A DNA stretch of 64,000 bases from Candidatus Latescibacterota bacterium (GCA_965208835.1 OZ242358.1:1152001-1216000), one strand, 5' to 3'; shown: positions 45,559-54,675, counted from the stretch's first letter. Numbers and translations are program-made. Notes: a model not told the origin generated them from the sequence alone.

Positions 45559-47403
45559 ATGACGAAAGTTCGAACACTGTTCACTTCGGCATCCATTATT
45601 CCTGTTGTCAGCCTGTTGGTACTGGCCGCCGTCTCTGCCCAGGCGCCTCCCGCCCTGGCATATTGTCCACCCCCACCCGGCGTGACTACCCCCGAGGAAC
45701 CGAGCGTGACGGCGCAGCAGGTGGAAGACGGAAGCGCAAGCCTGAAGGACTTCGCGCTGGCCTCGAGGGAACGATTTGTTATGCAGATCCAGACGGCTGA
45801 GAATCTGGGACAAGTGGTATACTATGGATGTCTCTTCCGGCAAGAGGGGAGCTTTTGGCATTCCGGTTCCACCTACCTCGTGATTCTGAGGGCCGATGGC
45901 AGTATTCTGATTCACGCGAAGAACATGGCATTGGCGAGCAGACGACTCAACCCCCTTGTCTATGCAGAGATCCTTTCTTCGTTGGGATTACCCTCAACCG
46001 TTCTGGGCAACCTGGCATCTCCCGATTCTGCTGTTGCCGCCCAGGCTAGTGCCGATGTCTTTGATATGTTGTCGCAAGGACCGGATGCCGCATTCGATGC
46101 GACCACCCCTATACCAGGCCTGCGACCCGGCATACCGGGTGCCTCCGGCTATGCCGCCGCATATTGGTCGGACTTCTTTAGAGGCCCGCTTGTGATGGTA
46201 GCCGGTTTCGAACTCGATGATACTCACCTGATTGAAGAAGAGATCGATCACATTACACCGGCCGTTTCCGCCAGGGACGTGGTGGATCGAGAAACCCTGA
46301 AGGCCTTCGTCACGGAGGCCGGGGAGTACTGTCTCGAACTTAGGAAAACCGGCAATTTCCCCGGTGGGATAGCCAGGATCGCCCTGCGGGATCCGAACGG
46401 GCCCTGGAGACACGGTTCCGTGTACCTCTATGTCTTGGATACGACCAGCAACATAATCCAGATACACGCTGCGTTTCCGAACAGATACGAGCTTCGACCT
46501 CTGATAGCCACCGTCCGGGACGCGGTTACCGGAAAACTCATACTTCCGCAGGTCATCGAAGCGGCGAAGAGTGACCCGGAGGGCGGCTTCGTGGAGTATT
46601 ACTTTGACGATCCCAATGACGACACCGACAGTGCCGATATCCCCAAGGTGGGATACGCACGCGAGTTCAAGACGAAAACCGAGTTAGGTGGAAGGGTAGT
46701 CCCATACAACTTCATTATCGGGTCGGGTTTTTATGGGCGCGCGCCCGAAGTCGCGACGGGTCCCAGAACGGTCGTGGAGGCCACGGTGCTGGGCGATGCG
46801 GTGGAAGGGCTGGACGTCGAGTTTTCCCGCGCCATCGCCGGCCGCGTTTCCAACTACGCGTGGAGTGCCGTCACCGATGCTGCAGGCCTTCTGTCGCTGA
46901 CCATCTCCGGCGCGGATGGCGTGAGCGGTTACTATCGAGCCCGCGCCACGAACGTGGATGGTGAGGTCGTCGGTCAGTGGAGCAGCATTCCTCTGAACGA
47001 AGGCCACCGACAGACCCTGGAACTAACGCTGGGCGGGGGCGCGAGGGTCGTACGGGTCACGTCGCTGGATGCGGCAGAGCCGGTGGCTGCCGCCAAGCCG
47101 GTTTTCGAAGCTGAGACTGTGCCGGAAGCCAGCGGTCTTTCACCTAATTCGCCCAATCCATTCAACAGCGCCACCGTGATCACCTACCACCTGTCCAGCG
47201 CGGGCCCGGTGCAACTGGTGATCTACAATGTGCTGGGTCAGCCCGTACGGACGCTCATGGACGAGTCCAGCGCGGCGGGCACTTATAAGGTCAGGTGGGA
47301 CGCACGTGACGAGTTTGGCGTCTCTCTGTCGACGGGAGTCTATATCGCACGCCTGAGCTATCCCGGTGGTGCGCAGACTCAGCGGCTGCTGTACCTCAAA
47401 TAG
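45559..47403 (+). CDS. Secreted twin Cache-like protein, array copy 3
   Basis: Intact paralog, 614 aa, same domain order. Confidence 0.85.
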   Translation: MTKVRTLFTSASIIPVVSLLVLAAVSAQAPPALAYCPPPPGVTTPEEPSVTAQQVEDGSASLKDFALASRERFVMQIQTAENLGQVVYYGCLFRQEGSFWHSGSTYLVILRADGSILIHAKNMALASRRLNPLVYAEILSSLGLPSTVLGNLASPDSAVAAQASADVFDMLSQGPDAAFDATTPIPGLRPGIPGASGYAAAYWSDFFRGPLVMVAGFELDDTHLIEEEIDHITPAVSARDVVDRETLKAFVTEAGEYCLELRKTGNFPGGIARIALRDPNGPWRHGSVYLYVLDTTSNIIQIHAAFPNRYELRPLIATVRDAVTGKLILPQVIEAAKSDPEGGFVEYYFDDPNDDTDSADIPKVGYAREFKTKTELGGRVVPYNFIIGSGFYGRAPEVATGPRTVVEATVLGDAVEGLDVEFSRAIAGRVSNYAWSAVTDAAGLLSLTISGADGVSGYYRARATNVDGEVVGQWSSIPLNEGHRQTLELTLGGGARVVRVTSLDAAEPVAAAKPVFEAETVPEASGLSPNSPNPFNSATVITYHLSSAGPVQLVIYNVLGQPVRTLMDESSAAGTYKVRWDARDEFGVSLSTGVYIARLSYPGGAQTQRLLYLK

Positions 47404-47435
47404 CGCCAGAAGGTCAGGCGGGAAACCCTCTCCTT

Positions 47436-47501
47436 AGAACCCGTCCGGAAACACCCGATAGGCCTTGATTTCAAGGCCATAGGGGTTCTCAGACGGGTTC
47501 T
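47436..47501 (+). terminator. Conserved 3' hairpin (after copy 3)
   Basis: AGAACCCGTCCGGAAA...GGCCTTGA-TT-TCAAGGCC...AGACGGGTTCT. Confidence 0.65.
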
Positions 47502-47629
47502 ATTCGAATCAACCGAAGACCTGCTCCGGTCCAGAATACGACATAAGTAACAGGCAATCAACACGTTAAAGAAATCGTGGCCCGACGAGAAGGCAATAAT
47601 AACAAGGCGATCGTCGGCGGTTTTTTTAT

Positions 47630-47658
47630 TTGCATGCCGGGCAGAATTCCTTTAACAT
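47630..47658 (+). promoter_or_regulatory. Conserved sigma70 promoter of array copy 4
   Basis: TTGCAT-N17-TAACAT. Confidence 0.75.
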
Positions 47659-47763
47659 GCCAACTTGGGCGCACGGTCCGAAGCGTTTACCCGATATCTC
47701 AAAAAGAGGACAACCAGTAGTTGCCACGTCAGTGAGCGATTTTTCTCGAGAGGGAGATCCGTT

Positions 47764-49572
47764 ATGAAGAAAGCTCGAACACCGTTAATATCGGCATCCA
47801 TAATTCCTGTTGTCAGCCTCTTGGCGCTCGTCGCCGTCTTTGCCAACGCGGGTTCCTCCGTTGCTCAGGATCGGGGAGAATGCGTACTCCCTGAAGGCGT
47901 GACCCCTCCGGCGGACCCAAGCGTGACCGCGCAACAGGTGGAAGACGGAAGCGCTACCTTGAAAGAATTCGGGTTGGAAGCAAGAAATCGATTCAGTCAA
48001 GGGGCAGGTTCTCGTGAACTGCAACTGTACGTCGGTTGCGTCCTGCGGCAAGAGGGGAGCCATTTGAACTCCGGTTCCACATATCTTGTGCAATTGACGC
48101 CTGATGGAAGGGTGTTTATTCACGCGAAAAATATGGCGCTGTCGGGAAGGTTGCTCAATCGCCTGATTTATGGAACTATTCTTCGAGCATTGGAAATCGA
48201 TTTGGCTGGATTGCAGGACGATCCTGCCGCGTTAACGGCTGCCTTCATTGAGGCTGCAGGCAGGGATGGCGGCGAGTTCAACATGCCTGCTATCCCAGGG
48301 GCTTCAGGCTATGCCGCTGTCTACTTTTCGAGAAATTTCAGACTCCCTATTGTGTTGCTTGCCGGATTCGACCTCAACGAGTCCCACCTGGTCGAAGAGG
48401 AAATCGACTATGGTATTCCCGCCGTTACTGCAAGTGAAGTGGTGGACAGGTAAACTCTAAAAGCCTTTGTTACCCAGGCAGGGGAGGCTTTTCTCAATCA
48501 GCAGAAGGGAGGCGACCTGTCCGCGACCTCGAAGGCCAGAGTGGCCTTGAGAGACCCGAATGGGCCCTGGAGACACGGTTCCGTATACCTCTATGTCCTG
48601 GATCTAACAAGCAACATCATCCTGTTCCACGGCGCGTTTCCTGACCTGTACGAACTGCGGCCTCTGATAGCGACCGTCCGGGACGTGGTTACCGGAGAGC
48701 TTGTTTTGCCGCAGGTCATCGAGGCGGCGAAAAGCAGCCCGGATGGCGGCTTCGTGGAGTATTACTTTGACGATCCCACTGACGACACGGACAGCGCAGA
48801 TATCCCCAAAGTGGGTTATGCCCGTCAGTTTACCGGTCAACGCGAGAGAGAAGACGGGACTGTACTTCCTATAAATTTCATCGTCGGGTCAGGATTTTAC
48901 GGACGCGCGCCCGATGTTGTCGCAACGGGTCCCAGTACGGTCGTTGAGGCCACGGTACTGGGGGACGCGGTGGAGGGACTGGACGTCGAGTTTTCCCGCG
49001 CCATCGCCGGACGTCAGTCCGAGTACGCGTGGAGCGCCGTCACCGATGCTGCCGGCATTCTGTCGCTGACCATCTCCAGTGCGGATGGGGTGAGCGGTTA
49101 CTATCGTGCCCGGGCCACCAATGCCGATGGCGAGGTCGTGGGCCGGTGGAGCAGTATACCTCTGACCGAAGGCCGCCGCCAGGCCCTGGAACTGACGCTG
49201 GGCGGGGGCGCGAAGGTCGTACGGGTCGCGTCGCTGTCTGCGGCGGAGCTGGTGGCTGCCGCCAAGCCGGTTTTCGAAGCTGAGACTGTGCCGGAAGCCA
49301 GCGGTCTTTCACCTAATTCGCCCAATCCATTCAACAGCGCCACCGTGATCGCCTACCACCTGTCCAGCGAGGGTCCGGTGCAACTGGTGATCTATAATGT
49401 GCTGGGTCAGCCCGTACGGACGCTGGTGGATGAGACCCGCGGGGCGGGCAGGTATCAAGTCAAGTGGGACGCGCGCGACGACGGTGGCGCGTTGCTGTCA
49501 ACCGGAGTGTATATTGCCCGCCTGAGCTATCCTGGCGGCGTGCAGACGCAACGGCTGCTCTACCTGAAATAG
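47764..49572 (+). pseudogene. Array copy 4, interrupted by an in-frame TAA
   Basis: ORFs 47665-48453 and 48541-49572 are in the same frame; TAA at 48451-48453 replaces the GAA(Glu) of VVDRE seen in paralogs. Confidence 0.85.
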
Positions 49573-49604
49573 CGCCAGTCATCGAAGCAGAACGTGATAG
49601 TTTG

Positions 49605-49671
49605 AGAACCCGTTTGGAAACGCCCCATATAGCCTTGAGTACGAGGCTTGCGGTGTTTACGGACGGGTTCT
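49605..49671 (+). terminator. Conserved 3' hairpin (after copy 4)
   Basis: AGAACCCGTTTGGAAAC...GTTTACGGACGGGTTCT. Confidence 0.65.
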
Positions 49672-49805
49672 TCCTTTTGGGGTGTGAAGGCGGACGATCG
49701 TACCGAAAACCTTTAGTTGCGGCAACGGGTCAAGGGCCGCCAGGCGGTCATGCCGTCCCGATCGTGGACAAAGACGCAAAGACGCAAGGGATCGTGACAT
49801 TTTCG

Positions 49806-49834
49806 TTGCATAAAGAGTCGAACCCACTTAATTT
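49806..49834 (+). promoter_or_regulatory. Conserved sigma70 promoter of array copy 5
   Basis: TTGCAT-N17-TAATTT. Confidence 0.7.
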
Positions 49835-49938
49835 ACACATTCGTGCGATTCGGTCCCAGGCGACAGCCTCATATCACAGAGAGGGTAGGCAGCCGCAGAT
49901 ACGCTACTGAGCCCGGCTCTCCAGGAGGGAGAACCGTC

Positions 49939-51789
49939 ATGAAGGAAATTCGAACATCGTCCACTTCGGCATCCATAATTCCTGTTGTCGGCCTGCTGAT
50001 GCTGGCCGGCGTCTTTTTCGATCCGGGTCCCGCCGCGGCACAGGGGCTGGGAGATTGCGTACTCCCTGAAGGCGCGAATCCACCCACTGAACCGCATACG
50101 ACGGCGCAGGACGTTGAGAACGGCAGCGCAACCCTGAAGGACTTCGCGCTGGCCGCGAGAGATCAGTTCAAGGTGGGATCTCCAACTCCGGAAGAAGCGT
50201 TCTACTTCGGATGTCTCGTCAGGCAGGAGGGGAGCCATTGGCGTTCCGGTTCCACCTACATCGTGTCAATGCTGGCCGACGGAAGGGTGTTCGTTCACGC
50301 AAAGGATATGGCACTGTCGGGCAGGCTGCTCAACCCTGTAATATACGGAACGATCCTCGCCGCGCTGGGCGTATCTCCAGGCGATCTGGCCAATTTGGCT
50401 TCTCCGGATCCCGCTGTCGCCGCCCAGGCTTTCGGCGCCGTCATGGGCACATTGATGCAGGAACCGGATGGCGCATTCGATGCGACCGCCCCGATTCCAG
50501 GTCTGTCGCCCGGTATACCGGGCGCCTCCGGCTATGCCGCCGTATATTTATCGGGCAATTTCGCGCTTCCGGTTGTAATGCTCGTCGGATTTGACATCAA
50601 TGAAACTCACTTGGCTAAAGAAGACATCGATTACGGCGCCCCTGCCGTCGCCGCCGAGGACGTGGTGGACCGGGAATCCCTGAAGGCCTTCGTCACGCAA
50701 GCGGGAGAATTCATCCTCGAACTCCAGAAGACCGGCGATCTGGCCGCTTCCTCGAAACTCAGGATCGCCCTGCGGGACGCGGACGGACCCTGGAGACACG
50801 GTTCCGTTTACCTTTACGTCCTGGACCTTACCAGCAACATCATCCTGTTCCACGGCGCGTTTCCGGACAGATTCGAGCTGCGGCCTCTTGTCGCGACCGT
50901 CAAGGACGCGGTTACCGGTCAGCTCGTTCTGCCGCAGGTCATCGAGGCGGCGAAGAGCAGCCCGGAAGGCGGCTTCGTGGAGTATTATTTCGACGATCCC
51001 ACCGACGACACGGACAGTGCCGATATTCCCAAGGTGGGCTACGCCCGCGAGTACCACGGGGAATTTGACACAGGCCAACGCATACTCAGACTCAACTTCA
51101 TTGTCGGTTCAGGATTCTACGGGCGCCCGGCCGATGTCGGGACAGGTCCCAGCACGGTCGTGGATGCTACGGTGCTGGGCGACGCGGTGGAGGGGCTGGA
51201 CGTAGACTTTTCTCGCGCCATCGCCGGGCGCCAGTCCGAATACGCGTGGAGTGCGGTCACCGATGCTGCCGGCCTGTTCACCCTGACGATCTCGGGTGAA
51301 AATGACGTGACCGGTTACTACCGGGCCCGGGCCACGAACGCCGACGGAGAGGTCGTGGCCCGGTGGAGCAGCATACCTCTGAATGAGGGCAGGCGCCAGG
51401 TTCTCGAACTGACGCTGGGCGGAGGTGCGAGGGTCGTACGGGTCCGAGAGCTGACTACCGCCGAGCCGGTGGCTGCTGCCAAACCGGTTTTCGAAGCCGA
51501 GACCGTGCCGGAAGCCAGTGGTCTGTCGCCGAATTCGCCCAACCCGTTCAACAGCGCCACCGTGATCACTTACCGTATTTCCAGCGCGGGTCCCGTGAAA
51601 CTGGTGATCTACAATGTCCTGGGTCAGCCTGTACGGACGCTGGTGGATGAGTCCCGCGGGGCGGGCAGCTATCAGGTCAGGTGGGATGCGAAAGACGACG
51701 GTGGCGCGACGCTGTCGACCGGGGTGTATATCGCCCACCTGAGCTATCCCGGCGGTGCGCAGAACCAGCGACTGCTGTATCTCAAATAA
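49939..51789 (+). CDS. Secreted twin Cache-like protein, array copy 5
   Basis: Intact paralog; start MKEIRTSSTSAS after GGAG RBS. Confidence 0.85.
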   Translation: MKEIRTSSTSASIIPVVGLLMLAGVFFDPGPAAAQGLGDCVLPEGANPPTEPHTTAQDVENGSATLKDFALAARDQFKVGSPTPEEAFYFGCLVRQEGSHWRSGSTYIVSMLADGRVFVHAKDMALSGRLLNPVIYGTILAALGVSPGDLANLASPDPAVAAQAFGAVMGTLMQEPDGAFDATAPIPGLSPGIPGASGYAAVYLSGNFALPVVMLVGFDINETHLAKEDIDYGAPAVAAEDVVDRESLKAFVTQAGEFILELQKTGDLAASSKLRIALRDADGPWRHGSVYLYVLDLTSNIILFHGAFPDRFELRPLVATVKDAVTGQLVLPQVIEAAKSSPEGGFVEYYFDDPTDDTDSADIPKVGYAREYHGEFDTGQRILRLNFIVGSGFYGRPADVGTGPSTVVDATVLGDAVEGLDVDFSRAIAGRQSEYAWSAVTDAAGLFTLTISGENDVTGYYRARATNADGEVVARWSSIPLNEGRRQVLELTLGGGARVVRVRELTTAEPVAAAKPVFEAETVPEASGLSPNSPNPFNSATVITYRISSAGPVKLVIYNVLGQPVRTLVDESRGAGSYQVRWDAKDDGGATLSTGVYIAHLSYPGGAQNQRLLYLK

Positions 51790-51943
51790 TGTCCTGTCCC
51801 AAAAATATCTCACCATTCGGTCGCCGATTCATCCCGTCTCGCTGCGTTGCCTTCGCTCGCCGACCTTACGCAGGTCGGTGGCGCCTTGCGAGCCGGGCGA
51901 CTCGACGGCCGAATTCAGGCAACCTATTTCTGGGACAGAACAG
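51789..51943. mobile_element. MITE family C (155 bp) inserted in the stop codon of copy 5
   Basis: TIRs TGTCCTGTCCCAAAAATA / TATTTCTGGGACAGAACA, flanked by TA duplication; paralogs show the empty site AAA-TA-GCGCCA. Confidence 0.85.
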
Positions 51944-51978
51944 TAGCGCCACACGGTAAGGCAGGAAGGGTTTTTCTG

Positions 51979-52044
51979 AGAACCCGTCCGGAAACACCCG
52001 AATAGCGTTGAACACGAGGGTTGCGGGTTCTTCGGGCGGGTTCT
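51979..52044 (+). terminator. Conserved 3' hairpin (after copy 5)
   Basis: AGAACCCGTCCGGA...TTCGGGCGGGTTCT. Confidence 0.65.
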
Positions 52045-52169
52045 CTTCGATTCAACCGAATACCTCCGTCGGCTCAGGACACTAGGTAGGACGTATTCAA
52101 CACGCAGAAGAAAGCCCCGCCCGAATTGAAGGCATTGATTGCAAACTGATCGCAGAAAGTCTTTTTAAT

Positions 52170-52198
52170 TTGCATAACCGGTGAATTTTAATTAATAT
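52170..52198 (+). promoter_or_regulatory. Conserved sigma70 promoter of array copy 6
   Basis: TTGCAT-N17-TAATAT. Confidence 0.75.
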
Positions 52199-52304
52199 CC
52201 CCGTTCGTATGATCGGTCCCGGGCGGTGGGCCGATGTTTCAGAGAGAAGAAAATCAGCCGTGGTCGCCGTTGCGGCCTTGTCTTTAACGGGAGGGAGAAC
52301 TGAT

Positions 52305-54169
52305 ATGATAAAGTTTCGAACACTGTTCGCGCAGGCAAACGTGAATCCGGTTGTCGGTCTGCTCGTTCTGGCCGTCGTCTTGTCATTCGTACGTCCGGCC
52401 GTGGCAGTTTGTCCGCTTCCCCCGGGCGTGACGGCCCCCGACGACCCCGCTGTGACCGCGCAGCAGGTGGTAGACGGCAGCGCCACCCTCAAGGAGTTTT
52501 CTCTGGCAGTAAGAGAGCGGTCCAGAGAATACGCCAAGGGGGCCGCGGCCACGGAACAAGCCGTATATATCGGATGCATCATAAGGCTGGACGATGGGAT
52601 CTGGCGTTCGGGTTCCACCTACATCGTGAGCCTGACGCCTGACGGCAGGATATACATTCACGCGAAGGACATGTCGTTGACGGGCAGGTTGCTAAACCCG
52701 GTGGTTTATGGAGCGATCCTTTCAGCGCTGGGCGTATCCCTATCTGATCTGGCGAATCTGGCGTCTCCCGATCCTGCGACTGCCGCACAGGCTTTCGGCG
52801 CTGTCATGGGCACATTGGCGCAGGAACCTGACGGCGCGTTCGATGCGACCGGTCCTGTTCCGGGTCTATCGCCAGGTATACCGGGCGCTTCGGGCCATGC
52901 CGCCGTCTATATCGAGCCCAATGTAGGGGGGGCTCCGATTGTAATGCTCATGGGTTTCGATCTCAATGAATCTCACCTGGTCCCATTAGCGATGAAGTCA
53001 TCGATTACGGCGACCCGGCCGTCACTGCCAGGGACGTGGTGGATCGCGAATCCCTGAAGGCCTTTGTTACCCAGGCTGGAAATTACTTTCTTGAACTTCA
53101 GAATTCCGGGGATTTCGCCGCTATTGCGAAAGCCAGGATCGCCTTGCGGGATCCGAACGGCCCGTGGAGACACGGTTCCGTGTACCTCTACGTTCTGGAT
53201 CTTGTCAGCAACATCATCATATTTCACGCGGCGTTCCCTGACAGATACGAGTATCGTCCTCTGATACCGACCGTCACCGACGCCGTGACAGGCGAGTTCA
53301 TCCTGCCGCAGGTCATCGAGGCGGCGAAGGGCAGCCCTGATGGCGGCTTCGTGGAGTATTACTTCGACGATCCCACCGACGACACCGACAGCGCCGATAT
53401 CCCCAAGGTGGGATACGCCCGTGAGTTTGCCGCTGAAATTCGGCGGCCGGACGGAAGCACAATCCCGGCCGACTTCATCGTCGGTTCGGGCTTCTACGGG
53501 CGCGCGGGCGAGGTTGCCACGACGGATCCCAGCACGGTCGTGGAGGCCACCGTGCAGGGTGACGCGGTAGAGGGGTTGGACGTGGCATTTTCCCGCGCCA
53601 TTGCCGGGCGCGGGTCCGATTATGCCTGGAGCGCCGTCACCGATCCTGCCGGCCTGTTCTCCCTGACCATCTCCAGCGCGGATGGCGTGAGTGGTTACTT
53701 TCGGGCCCGGGCCACCAACGCCGATGGCGAGGTCGTGGGCCGTTGGAGCAGCATACCCCTGAATGAAGGCCGCCGCCAGGTTCTGGAACTGACGTTGGGC
53801 GGCAACGCACGGGTCGTAGGTGTCGAAGCCCTGGCCTCATCCAGGTCTGAGGCCGCCGCCAAGCCGGCGTTTGCGGTCGAGGCCGTGCCGGAAGCCAGCG
53901 GTCTGGCGCCCAATTCGCCGAACCCATTCAACAGCGCCACGCTGATCACCTACCATCTGTCCGGCGCGGGTCCTGTGAAGCTGGTGATCTACAATGTGTT
54001 GGGCCAGCCCGTACGGACGCTTGTGGATGAGTCCCGTGCGGCGGGCACGTATAAGGTCAAATGGGATGCGCGCGACGAGGGTGGCGCGTTACTGTCGACA
54101 GGTGTGTATATCGCCCATCTGAGCTATCCCGGCGGTGTGCAGTCGCAACGGCTGCTGTACCTCAAGTAG
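52305..54169 (+). pseudogene. Array copy 6, frameshifted in the interdomain linker
   Basis: Frame breaks at CTGGTCCCATTAGC (~52982-52984); adding one base restores HLVPISDEVIDYGDPAVTARDVVDRE, continuous with ORF 53036-54169. Confidence 0.8.
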
Positions 54170-54200
54170 CACCAGAGGGAAGGCAGCAAGCGATATCCTG

Positions 54201-54266
54201 AGAACCCGTTCGGAATCACCCCGTGAGCCATGCGCCCTGGGCTTGCACGGATTTCGAACGGGTTCT
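54201..54266 (+). terminator. Conserved 3' hairpin (after copy 6)
   Basis: AGAACCCGTTCGGAATC...GATTTCGAACGGGTTCT plus T-run. Confidence 0.7.
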
Positions 54267-54675
54267 TTTTGCGTTGGGCCCGGTATCTTCTGACTCCCCG
54301 GCTTGACCGTCTGTGTTCCATTTCGAAACCCGCGAGTACGGGTTTGAGCTTGACTTCCGGCCGTTGGGTCGTAATATTGGCCTTGCGGATGAGGGCTCCG
54401 GCCTGCGGGTTTTTTCACGTCGCTGCGGGTTCCCTGGCTGGTTCTACACCATTCCGAAGGTCTGGCAGATTCAGGTTACAAGCGTGCGAGGCGATGACGG
54501 AGGAATCAGCAAACATATAGATTCTGCACCGAAATCGGTTGGTTGTTCTCCACAGATTTTCGTCGAATGCACGCAGTACGGACGGCAGCCTCAGGGGGCT
54601 GCCGTTTCTGTTCAGGTACGCATTGTCCGACGGGTCTGATTCCTGAAATTGCCTTAGGTATTCGAGGAGATTTCA

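Noticed and set aside
48451-48453. Selenocysteine/pyrrolysine recoding of the internal stop in copy 4
   Set aside because: The codon is TAA, not TGA or TAG, and aligns with Glu in paralogs.
52926-52932. G7 tract as the phase-variation site of copy 6
   Set aside because: Frame stays homologous (PIVMLMGFDLNESHL) after the tract; the break is ~50 nt later.
41323-54169. Diversity-generating retroelement acting on the array
   Set aside because: No reverse transcriptase or TR/VR pair is seen. Differences include indels and all base types, are not adenine-specific, and are not confined to a C-terminal region.
45152-54266. Integron cassette array (hairpins as attC sites)
   Set aside because: Ends are AGAAC...GTTCT rather than RYYYAAC...GTTRRRY, genes have their own promoters and are all paralogs, and no integrase is present in the window.
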